From: Candidatus Heimdallarchaeota archaeon
GTDB lineage: Archaea; Asgardarchaeota; Heimdallarchaeia; Hodarchaeales; Hodarchaeaceae
Assembly: GCA_048881705.1 (NCBI GenBank)
Contig: JBHLSH010000004.1
Span: 5,410 to 69,409, forward strand
Direction of reading: 5' to 3'
Length of the DNA: 64,000 bases
Shown here: positions 51,920 to 60,695 of the stretch, in pieces
How positions within the stretch are numbered: the stretch's first letter is position 1
How the letters are laid out: each line of letters begins with the position of its first letter
The notes under the pieces: generated by a model
Told to the model about the DNA's origin: nothing
What the model saw: only the letters and a program-made list of their open reading frames with translations
Database searches by the model: none
Translations under genes and position numbers: made by a program

Positions 51920-53956
51920 TTAAGATGATTCTTTCTTATTTTTTCTAGCCATTTTACGAGAAAATGGCCTTAACATGATGACTAGGCCCATTAAACCAAA
52001 TAGGAACTCAAATCCTGATATTTGGCCCCCTCCTGGGGTAACTTCCCGCAGACGTGTGGTTCTCCCCGTCTCTCGGAGAGCAAAAAAGGTAACATATCCT
52101 TCAATCGTTGCTTCCCAGGAATGGTGTATTTCATTATAATTGGTGTGAACTTCCGCCCATTTTTGATCCGCGTCATTCCATGCCTCCCATTCATGTACAG
52201 GGAACGTTGAGGTATTTTCAGCTGATTCTATCGAATACTCAAGAGTAATGAAGAGCAATTCAGTGGGATTCGAACAGACAAATTTTACTATGAAGGCATG
52301 AGAGGGACTTAGTACTGGAAAACTCTCGTCGACTGTCTTTGTAAGATTAAATTCTTGGTAAACGCTAGAAGTCAGGGTAAGAATAAACCAAGGACTCCCC
52401 GTAGCATCTACTACAACGAGTCGTTTAGGCTTGTAAGCCTCCAATTTCCAAGTCCACTCAAAAGCGCTCGTATAAATGCTAAAGATTATCAATTTTTGAG
52501 CTGTATTATTCGCTTCGTCTGTACCATATAATATTAAGCGGTAGGTCCCGTTTGAAAGATTTGGTAACAAGATCGAATGATTAGAATTCTCCGTTGTACT
52601 AAAACTTACGATTTTGAAAGGTTCCAATAAATAAGAGATTTTGCCATCTTCTGACATTGAAACGGTGAGATTTAGGGTCCCTTTTATTACGGATCCGTTC
52701 ACAAAGCCATGAATGTTTAATATAGGTTTGGTATTATCAATGAAAAAGACGTATCGAGCCCTTGTCCAAACATCTTCGGCAGGATTTATAACGAAGACTT
52801 CCAGTATTCTAATTCCCTCAATGAGTGGGGAGAAGACAGGAACCACCTCCCCGTCCGTTAAGGTTACGTTTTGAGTTCCATTCCAGCTATAGAGAAAAGA
52901 ACCATTGCTTGTCGTAAACGAGACGTTAATTGTGTCAGAACCTTTAATCCTGCTTCCATTGACCGGATTATTAAGGATAACACCTGGAACAGAATCATCG
53001 GTCAAATACCGATAATAATAGGCATTCTTTAACCCCAAACCGTCCACTGCCGTTATAAATAGATCATGGAAGGTATTTTCTGAGGGAAGAGGAAGTAGAA
53101 CAGAGGTATTAGCCCCATCATCCCATTGATAGTACGCTTCAGATATTCCATATGGAGACGATATTATTGGAACAAGTATGGTTCCAGAAGGGAGAACAGA
53201 GCCATTCTTGGGAGACAATGTCATTGAAGGGCCTGTATAGCCTGTGGGGAGTTCTCCAAATGCTGCGTAAGTCAAATTATAGTAAAAAAGAGATATATAA
53301 GACATATTCAAGTTCAGGAATAATCCATATGATGAATAGGTAATGTTAATCCAGCTGGGAGGACTTAATTCAGCCTCCAGAATCCAAGTATTGAATGCCC
53401 CAACATTTGGAATGGTAGCTATTCCACCATCATACACGGTCAAATTTATGCCTCCCCACTTGAATAGATAACCATCATAGAATCCAGAAGTATTTATCCA
53501 GAAGTCAAAGGTATCCTGCGCTAATCCAAACGTCCAATCATAATAGTTTGATGCATTGTAGAAATGATCCAGGCTCGTTCGATTTACACTTGTTAGGAAA
53601 GGAGAGACAAAGGGATCGTTATTAGCGTCAAGAGACAAGGGATATTCACATTTTGTATCCCAGTGAGTTTTATTGAGCTTCAGAACTGTAACGTTGTAGT
53701 TCCCTTCGAACGTATACTGTGTTTCGAAGATACCACGGCTATATCTGTTCACCGTAAGGTTAGTTCTTGGCAGAAACGATTCATTGCCAGGTAGCGTTTT
53801 GGTTGAAAAACGATTACCAGATTTTTCTATAAAGAATGTTGATTCTGGTTCAGAATCATTAGTAAACGGAATCACGACAATATCTGATATAACCAAAACA
53901 TGGGTAGAAGTTGAGAGTACCAGAATCGTTAGGAGGAATTTTAATAATTTCATCAT
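51920..53956 (-). CDS. Heavily N-glycosylated surface protein with Ig-like domains and PGF-CTERM-like tail
   Basis: Signal peptide; about 27 N-X-S/T sequons by my count; D...P...P.NGS Ig repeats; ISGFE + TM + basic tail. Confidence 0.8.
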   Translation of the reverse strand: MMKLLKFLLTILVLSTSTHVLVISDIVVIPFTNDSEPESTFFIEKSGNRFSTKTLPGNESFLPRTNLTVNRYSRGIFETQYTFEGNYNVTVLKLNKTHWDTKCEYPLSLDANNDPFVSPFLTSVNRTSLDHFYNASNYYDWTFGLAQDTFDFWINTSGFYDGYLFKWGGINLTVYDGGIATIPNVGAFNTWILEAELSPPSWINITYSSYGLFLNLNMSYISLFYYNLTYAAFGELPTGYTGPSMTLSPKNGSVLPSGTILVPIISSPYGISEAYYQWDDGANTSVLLPLPSENTFHDLFITAVDGLGLKNAYYYRYLTDDSVPGVILNNPVNGSRIKGSDTINVSFTTSNGSFLYSWNGTQNVTLTDGEVVPVFSPLIEGIRILEVFVINPAEDVWTRARYVFFIDNTKPILNIHGFVNGSVIKGTLNLTVSMSEDGKISYLLEPFKIVSFSTTENSNHSILLPNLSNGTYRLILYGTDEANNTAQKLIIFSIYTSAFEWTWKLEAYKPKRLVVVDATGSPWFILTLTSSVYQEFNLTKTVDESFPVLSPSHAFIVKFVCSNPTELLFITLEYSIESAENTSTFPVHEWEAWNDADQKWAEVHTNYNEIHHSWEATIEGYVTFFALRETGRTTRLREVTPGGGQISGFEFLFGLMGLVIMLRPFSRKMARKNKKESS

Positions 53957-54086
53957 GGCGCCATTCGATAAGATTCATTGAATCAGGACGTCTTTTCAAA
54001 GTTTGGCCACATTGTTGGCATTAGAATAACACTACCAACAACGCACTCTTGCAGGAAGAACCATACCCCATACAGATAAGTATATG

Positions 54087-54118
54087 TGTGTACAGTGTGC
54101 ACAGGAGATTATAAACCC
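54087..54118. promoter_or_regulatory. Candidate RHH operator plus bidirectional TATA box
   Basis: TGTGTACA-G-TGTGCACA (54087-54103), imperfect palindrome; ATTATAAA at 54108-54115, about 20 bp before the RHH start. Confidence 0.45.
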
Positions 54119-54133
54119 ATTACAAGGTAGTTT

Positions 54134-54319
54134 TTGATGAAAACTTCCACGATCACAATTCGCCTGCCCCTAGAAACTCTCCATGAGATAGAGCGCTTAT
54201 CTACAGTAACAAAGCTCCGACCCTCAGTATTGTGTGCTTACGTGTTGCAGGACAAATTACACCCCTGGGTTCGTGAATACATCGAACGCTTATCAAATGA
54301 ACTGGAAGACTTGGAATGA
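54134..54319 (+). CDS. Ribbon-helix-helix (CopG-like) DNA-binding protein
   Basis: TITIRLP strand followed by two helices; ATGA overlap with the next gene. Confidence 0.7.
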   Translation: MMKTSTITIRLPLETLHEIERLSTVTKLRPSVLCAYVLQDKLHPWVREYIERLSNELEDLE

Positions 54320-55062
54320 TCGAGATATTATTCTTTGCCAGCTCCCTAATATCTATTCTGGCGTTTGCAGCTATTAGCTTGTATTCTGGCTTGAAATTCT
54401 TTAAAGTTTGGCGTCTATTCCGTGAGGAGGCCTTATTCCATCTATTCACCCTCTCTCTAGGACTCGTGGTCTATTTTATCGTTATTAGCGGGCTGGTTTT
54501 ATGGTATGATCCGAGTTCATCTATAGTTATAATCGTTAGAATGATAAATCCCATATATTCGTTTTTATGCCTTGAAATGAGCTTATTCTATCTTTCGGCC
54601 TTCGTAAATAGGCGGATCATTCTGGAAAAATATATCCCGTGGACCTACGGCATCACATTTGGTTTGGCGGTGGCTTTGACGTTTGTTTCAGAAAATGATC
54701 CTTTTTATCCGGTTCTATTCTTAATATCGTTTGGATTTCCAATCTTATTGGTTGGTTTTATTGGCATACGGGTTTTGATGCGGATTCGAGAAATCATCCG
54801 GACCGAAGACATAGAAGACCTTAATAAAGCCTTTTTAAATTCGCTAATGATTGTTGTTCTCGCGTTAGGAGTGGGAGCAGGAAGTGACATTCTACTTCTT
54901 GCGTTACTGATACTTAGCAACGCTGAATTTTGGTCCATACTGATTCTTCTTATTGGCATTATTGGACCGATAATTCTGGTCTCATTTACTTGGTTTATGC
55001 GCGATTTTTTCCGAAATCTAGAGAAAGCAAACGTCCCACATCTGTTCAACATGTTAAGTTAG
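54316..55062 (+). CDS. Orphan 7-TM membrane protein
   Basis: Seven hydrophobic segments, amphipathic C-tail, no catalytic domain. Confidence 0.7.
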   Translation: MIEILFFASSLISILAFAAISLYSGLKFFKVWRLFREEALFHLFTLSLGLVVYFIVISGLVLWYDPSSSIVIIVRMINPIYSFLCLEMSLFYLSAFVNRRIILEKYIPWTYGITFGLAVALTFVSENDPFYPVLFLISFGFPILLVGFIGIRVLMRIREIIRTEDIEDLNKAFLNSLMIVVLALGVGAGSDILLLALLILSNAEFWSILILLIGIIGPIILVSFTWFMRDFFRNLEKANVPHLFNMLS

Positions 55063-55196
55063 AGTAAACGGTCACAATGAACTGCACTCTGGGGTAATAA
55101 TGTAATCGAGACCGAACAGAAATTTGGAGTATGAAACGCCTTTGAAATAACTTCTGCCGGGATTTTGGAGGCAAGTGGGAAGAAATGACCTCGTTT

Positions 55197-56417
55197 CTAA
55201 GCATCGATGTCAGTAAGTTCGATTAACTTTTGAGCCTCTTGGATTCTCTTTTGTATTGGGGGATGAGATGCGAATAGGAGAGTCTCCCACTTCGGGGGAT
55301 TGATATCAGTCAAATTTTGATCCCCTAGCTTGATAAAAAGACTTCGAATAGTTCTAAAGTCCGGAAAGAGGCTCGTTGCGAAATTATCCGCAGCTTGTTC
55401 AAGCCGTCGGGAATACCACGATCTTGGGATATTGAATACAAGTAAAGAAATAAGCGAGAAACTTAAACCGAGAATCGGAATATTACCAACGTTACCGATG
55501 TCTGTTGAATAATCAAATAATAATGCCAGAACTGGGAAAATTTGGGCAGTGAGAAAAAACAGGAGAAGAGTTGTAAATGATCCAATCAAAATTCCTCTCC
55601 ATAGATCCTTGTTTTTGAAATGTGCAAGCTCGTGTAAGAGAATCCACTTGATTTCTTGAGTAGTATACTGTTCTAGCATTGTATCTGAGACTATTATGCG
55701 TCTCGTATTACCCAGACCAAGTAGAGCTGCGTTTCCAGTAGTGCTGGTCTCTCCAAGATTCCAAATATATGCATCCGTGGTTTTCACTCCTTGCCGAGTA
55801 ACCACATCGATTAGTTCTCCCGCAAGAGCTGGATAGTCATCCGCCAATGGTTTGAACTTATAGAAACGTGGTAGAAGGAGAATCGGAGCAAGATTGGCTA
55901 AAATAACAGTGAATAATAAAGAAGCCAAGGCAGTTCCGAACCACCAAACATCTGGGTAGCTACGGAGAATCCAGTAAAAAACCTCAACGGTAACGATAGA
56001 GATCACATATCCAATTCCCACCCGCTTCAAATACCGAAAGATCCATTGACGGTTTGTTAATTTTGATAGTCCGAACTTTCGCCCCAGCTGAATATGCAGA
56101 TAGAAAGATATTGGTAGATCCCAAACAGAAATTACAATATACGCAAGTGAGAAGAACGTGGCCACAATAATAAAGGAATCAGTAGAGAATCCTTCCGTAA
56201 TCCAGCCTTGGAAGTGAACAGTAATTCTGCTCAGAAGGACAAAGATTCCTAGAACTGCCGAAAGTATCCATAGAAGAAGACGATAACGTCGAGATTTTCT
56301 CCTGTAAAAACGGGCCATTTCTCTTCGTTCTGGATCGAATTCCTCAAGTAGCTGGGGAATGTGAGGTTTTTGATCAATTTCATTACCTTGACCCTCAAAT
56401 ACAGGTATCATTATCAT
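55197..56417 (-). CDS. M48 family Ste24/ZMPSTE24-like membrane zinc metalloprotease
   Basis: PRFYKF.PL, NAAL.GLG.TRRI.V.DT, HELAH, EQAAD.FA, SHPP...RI. Confidence 0.92.
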   Translation of the reverse strand: MIMIPVFEGQGNEIDQKPHIPQLLEEFDPERREMARFYRRKSRRYRLLLWILSAVLGIFVLLSRITVHFQGWITEGFSTDSFIIVATFFSLAYIVISVWDLPISFYLHIQLGRKFGLSKLTNRQWIFRYLKRVGIGYVISIVTVEVFYWILRSYPDVWWFGTALASLLFTVILANLAPILLLPRFYKFKPLADDYPALAGELIDVVTRQGVKTTDAYIWNLGETSTTGNAALLGLGNTRRIIVSDTMLEQYTTQEIKWILLHELAHFKNKDLWRGILIGSFTTLLLFFLTAQIFPVLALLFDYSTDIGNVGNIPILGLSFSLISLLVFNIPRSWYSRRLEQAADNFATSLFPDFRTIRSLFIKLGDQNLTDINPPKWETLLFASHPPIQKRIQEAQKLIELTDIDA

Positions 56418-56697
56418 AGTCCTTTAGTCGCCTTGGGAAATTAAGATTTTTAATGTTTTTCTCAGAAAATGCTCCCTCAAAGCGGTTAAGAGTATCTTAG
56501 GTTCGAGTTAACAACATAATTAAGGTCAAGGTACTCATTCTGATATGGAAGTCGACATTCTGATGAATATTTATCTGAAAGAACTAAAATATGATGTTTT
56601 AGATTCCCAGCTTCATTTAAAAATCCATTTCACAAAGCTTAAATTTCCTATTTAGGAAAAAATACAATAATATCCTCATTAATTAGGCGTTTTTATA

Positions 56698-57606
56698 ATG
56701 ATGTATTCCCACGCGCCGCATAAAATTCTATTCATGGGTCTTGGAGCTAGTGGGAAGAGTTCGATCCGCGCTGTTGTGTTTGAAGGTAAATCGCCCGAAG
56801 AAGTCAAGAACTATGATGCAACCATAAATTATTACAGGTCTGCAAAGACAATAATTGATGCTGCGTTTCAAATCTTTGACTGTGGGGGCCAGGAGAACTT
56901 TATTTCGGCCTTCATAGGAGACCAAGCAGAATTTATGTTTAATAACGTAAAGATTCTTTGTTGGGTAGTAGATGTAGGGGATCCTGATCAGATCTCAACA
57001 TCGAAGTTTTACTTCGATCATGCTGTAAATCGGTTGGCAGAATATTCTCCTGAAGCGACGATCTTTTGTTTGTTTCATAAAATCGATTTACTCTTGCCAG
57101 AGATGGTCGGTAAAGTAGAAGCCACCATGAAAAAGTATTTCAATGCAGCGGGCAATTTTGACGTCCATTATTATTCTACTTCAATTTTCACTGAATCTAT
57201 TTATCACGTGATGGGTGAATTAATTCGTAAACTTATTATAAGGTCAGGTACGGTAAAAACCGTTTCTGAAGCAATACAAGATTTCGTTAACACAAATACT
57301 GAAATCTCTGGTATAGCTTTATATACCGAGGAGGGCTTGCCAGTTCTTGAAGAAGGCTTTTTAAGCCAAAAAATCGTTTTACCTGCGAATTTATGGTTAT
57401 CGAATAAGAATAGGCTACGTAAAGAATTTAATATTTCCGATACCTATAAAACAGCTCTAGAGACCAAAAATTATCTTTTGATTTCACAACTGGTTAAAGG
57501 AAAAGAAACTTTACTCATTGCGGGAATAGCAGAAAAAACAGTACCTATTCAATTTTTGATGACAAAGATGGACCAATTTGCTGCGGTGTTGACCAATCTA
57601 TTCTAA
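56698..57606 (+). CDS. Rag/Gtr1-like small GTPase with roadblock-like C-terminal domain (Rag-1)
   Basis: G1 GLGASGKSS, G2 ATINY, G3 DCGGQ, G4 HKID, G5 TSIF; CTD begins IALYTEEGLPV. Confidence 0.9.
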   Translation: MMYSHAPHKILFMGLGASGKSSIRAVVFEGKSPEEVKNYDATINYYRSAKTIIDAAFQIFDCGGQENFISAFIGDQAEFMFNNVKILCWVVDVGDPDQISTSKFYFDHAVNRLAEYSPEATIFCLFHKIDLLLPEMVGKVEATMKKYFNAAGNFDVHYYSTSIFTESIYHVMGELIRKLIIRSGTVKTVSEAIQDFVNTNTEISGIALYTEEGLPVLEEGFLSQKIVLPANLWLSNKNRLRKEFNISDTYKTALETKNYLLISQLVKGKETLLIAGIAEKTVPIQFLMTKMDQFAAVLTNLF

Positions 57607-58628
57607 CTTGGTTTATCCTCATCACCAACGGCTTTAAGACAAATAAGATTATTCTCAATCGTTATCTGGGGAAGCAATCCTGCTTCTTTTGCGTCCAAAA
57701 ATAAATGTATTATCAATTCAGGAGTCAATCCCGACTGCCGGGATAATGTATCAATGCTTATTTCACGTTGGTTTTGAAGAGATTTTAAGGCAAATTTGAC
57801 GACATCCTGACGGCGAGGAGCCAATTTTTGCTCGAAAAAAGCATCCAGATCTTCAAAGGTAACCAAGCTATCATCTAGCCGGATTCTAAAATGAATCCCG
57901 TTTTGAGCTGGTGCTTCAATTCCGAATTTGGTCAACATCCTCTGGATTTCGAATGGTTCGCTAATTAGCTCAACTTTGAACATAATTCCTTGTTTAAAAT
58001 CTTGTTTAAAATCATTAACAGTTTGTAAAAGCTTACTTTTCTGCCCAGGAGTATATTCTTTTCTAATAAGCGCTTTTATTTCTTTATTGGAATGATCCAC
58101 GAGTATTATGGGAGCATCACCGGATATTAGAGAGATATGAGACATTGGTTCCACCTTATCAAGAGGTGAAATATAGTAGCTTTCAATACGAGTATCTATG
58201 ATCTGAATCCTTTCATCAATCTTCTTCATAGTCTCTGCATCAAGATCGGTATCGGTTTCGATTCCATATATCTGTAAACTTCTCTCTAGTAATTTTTTAA
58301 TAACCCCAACGTAACGCATAATGCTATAGGATCGTGTAATAATCCAAAAAACAATAATCCTTCCAAATTGGGCAATACGTTGATCCACGGTATTGCCAGG
58401 CTTTAATGTAAGGCAAAAACCCAGCGTCAAAAGGGGTTCCTTAGGAGTTGGCAAAGGACCATACGATCTAATCTCATTCTGTTCGGGAAAATCGGATCCC
58501 ATCGCAGTTAGCAGTCTAAATGCCATATTCAATGCTTCATCTTCGTTAAGAGGAGACGAATTGTAGATATTAGTAGGGCCAATGTCCTCAAATATCGTTA
58601 CAACTAGGCCATCAGTTGTTTTTTCCAT
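57603..58628 (-). CDS. uDENN/longin-like + gelsolin-like + winged-helix protein
   Basis: LVVTIFEDIGP N-terminus; IILVDHSNKEI...EP.E gelsolin-like core; ISIDTLS...AGLL..I.I winged helix. Confidence 0.55.
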   Translation of the reverse strand: MEKTTDGLVVTIFEDIGPTNIYNSSPLNEDEALNMAFRLLTAMGSDFPEQNEIRSYGPLPTPKEPLLTLGFCLTLKPGNTVDQRIAQFGRIIVFWIITRSYSIMRYVGVIKKLLERSLQIYGIETDTDLDAETMKKIDERIQIIDTRIESYYISPLDKVEPMSHISLISGDAPIILVDHSNKEIKALIRKEYTPGQKSKLLQTVNDFKQDFKQGIMFKVELISEPFEIQRMLTKFGIEAPAQNGIHFRIRLDDSLVTFEDLDAFFEQKLAPRRQDVVKFALKSLQNQREISIDTLSRQSGLTPELIIHLFLDAKEAGLLPQITIENNLICLKAVGDEDKPS

Positions 58629-59179
58629 CGTGGTATCCTCCAGTACCGGCGATTATTATTTCACTCTACGAATAGTTTCTGGACAATCTATGTCGATTTT
58701 TTGTATCTCTAGTTTTTCAATGTTTTGAAACCGAAATTTCTCGCGTCTTTCATCTGAACCTGCAAGGTTACTGGTTAAAAGTTGACCTGGATTAATCTTT
58801 CTTGTGATTTAGCTATTTTTCATTCATGCGTCAACTCTCTATATGATTCTATCTTACAAATCCTGAAATGCCATGAAATGCTACAAGAACGGATAAGATT
58901 CTCCATTATCATCATGATCAAACGATTACGGGTTACTTCGGTATTGAGATTCCATCCACACCTTAGTGAGGATACCTAGATCATTTCCTCAAAAGATTTA
59001 AAAAAACAGGATAAAAAACCCAATCGATCAATATGTTTAATCAGGCTTCTGGATTTTGTTGTTGCTAGGAACAATCTCTTCTTACCAGAAGTCTGCCCCC
59101 TCTCTCTATCTATTTCTTCTGGTAACATGAGAGACAACTCAAAATCTATCATTTACGCAAGAAAATCCATATTAGATCG

Positions 59180-60601
59180 GTGGTCAATATGAAACTATAC
59201 AATTCTCTAACGCAACGAAAGGAAGAATTTATTCCTATTGTGGCTGATAAAGTTCGTTTTTATTCTTGTGGCCAGACAGTTTACCAGGATGCACACGTAG
59301 GAAACGCCAGAACATATTCCTTTTGGGACATATTAGTCCGATATCTCCGTTGGCGTGGATTTGATGTTTTTTGGGTACAAAACTTTACTGATGTTGGACA
59401 TTTGACCGATGATGCCGACTCGGGCGAAGATAAAGTAATCAAAAGCGCCATTGCAAAAGAAATGCAGCCAATGGTGCTGATAGAGAATCAGATTAGACGT
59501 TTCTTTGAAGAAATGGATGCCCTGAACATTCAAAGAGCGGATATTTACCCACGGGCGACGGCAGAGATTCCAGAAATGATAGAGTTTATTAAGGACCTTT
59601 TAGATGGTGAATTTGCTTATGAGGTAAATGGCTCGGTCTATTTTGATATAACCAAGTTTCCAAAATACGGAGAGTTAAGTCCAACAACCTACACAGAAGA
59701 ATCGGAAGGGGCCAGAATCGCCATAAATCCAGAGAAACGTAACCCAAAAGATTTTGCACTATGGATTAAGGCGCCCCCAGAGCACCTGATGAAGTGGCCT
59801 TCCCCTTGGGGTCTGGGATATCCTGGATGGCATTTGGAATGTTCCGTAATGTCACAAAAGTACTTGGGAACCACCATAGATATTCACGCGGGCGGAATTG
59901 ATCATTTGCATCTCCATCATCCCAACGAAATTGCCCAGTCGGAGAGTCGAACTGGGGAGAAATTCGTCAATTATTGGGTGCACGCTGCTTTTCTTACGGT
60001 AGAGGGAGAAAGAATGGGCAAATCGAAAGGAAACTACATTCTTGTGCGAGATCTTCTACAAGAACACGACCCGATGGCTGTTCGTTTATTTTTGATAAAT
60101 TCACACTACCGTAAAAGCGTTGACTTTAATCAGCAAGTCTTTGAACAAGCAAAAACTCTTTTATCGCGGATACGAACCAATGTTGCATCACTTCAAAGCT
60201 CTAAGGGTGGAAAAAACCGCAGTCTCCAAAATGCAATTACCTTGGTAGAACAGGAATTTATATCTGCCATGGATGATGATCTAAACACTGTAGGCGCGTT
60301 GCAGGCTATCCTTCACTTCGTTAAAAAGGTTAATGCCGCATTAGATAACGAGAAAAGCATTCTCGATGAAGCGTGCGGTAAAATTATCCTGTTGATGGGA
60401 ATTCTCGGTATTCAACTGAGTGATTTCCAAGAAGGCACTGCTTCAGTTGCAGGCCTTATAGAATTATTGGTCTCCCTTCGAGACCAGCTTCGGGACGCCA
60501 AACAATACGAAATTGCTGATAAGATCAGAGCCCAATTACTAGAACAAGGAATTCAGCTCGAAGACAAACCAAATGGAACCATCTGGAAAAAAAGCCAATA
60601 A
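59180..60601 (+). CDS. cysS: Cysteine--tRNA ligase
   Basis: YSCG.TVY, HVGNA, NFTDV, PWG.GYPGWHLEC, HHPNE, RMGKS. Confidence 0.96.
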   Translation: MVNMKLYNSLTQRKEEFIPIVADKVRFYSCGQTVYQDAHVGNARTYSFWDILVRYLRWRGFDVFWVQNFTDVGHLTDDADSGEDKVIKSAIAKEMQPMVLIENQIRRFFEEMDALNIQRADIYPRATAEIPEMIEFIKDLLDGEFAYEVNGSVYFDITKFPKYGELSPTTYTEESEGARIAINPEKRNPKDFALWIKAPPEHLMKWPSPWGLGYPGWHLECSVMSQKYLGTTIDIHAGGIDHLHLHHPNEIAQSESRTGEKFVNYWVHAAFLTVEGERMGKSKGNYILVRDLLQEHDPMAVRLFLINSHYRKSVDFNQQVFEQAKTLLSRIRTNVASLQSSKGGKNRSLQNAITLVEQEFISAMDDDLNTVGALQAILHFVKKVNAALDNEKSILDEACGKIILLMGILGIQLSDFQEGTASVAGLIELLVSLRDQLRDAKQYEIADKIRAQLLEQGIQLEDKPNGTIWKKSQ

Positions 60602-60695
60602 AACATGTTGGTCTAGTTAGATTGAGCTAGAACTGCATCATCCGCAGTTAATGAAGATATTCTTAGAACGCAAGGCAAAATGACAATAGAGTAAC

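Noticed and set aside
54316-55062. 7-TM protein as a rhodopsin
   Set aside because: No retinal-binding Lys motif in helix 7
58656-58808. 50-codon stop-free minus-strand frame just upstream of the uDENN-gelsolin gene
   Set aside because: No ATG start and no recognisable motif; could be a gene remnant but is not supportable
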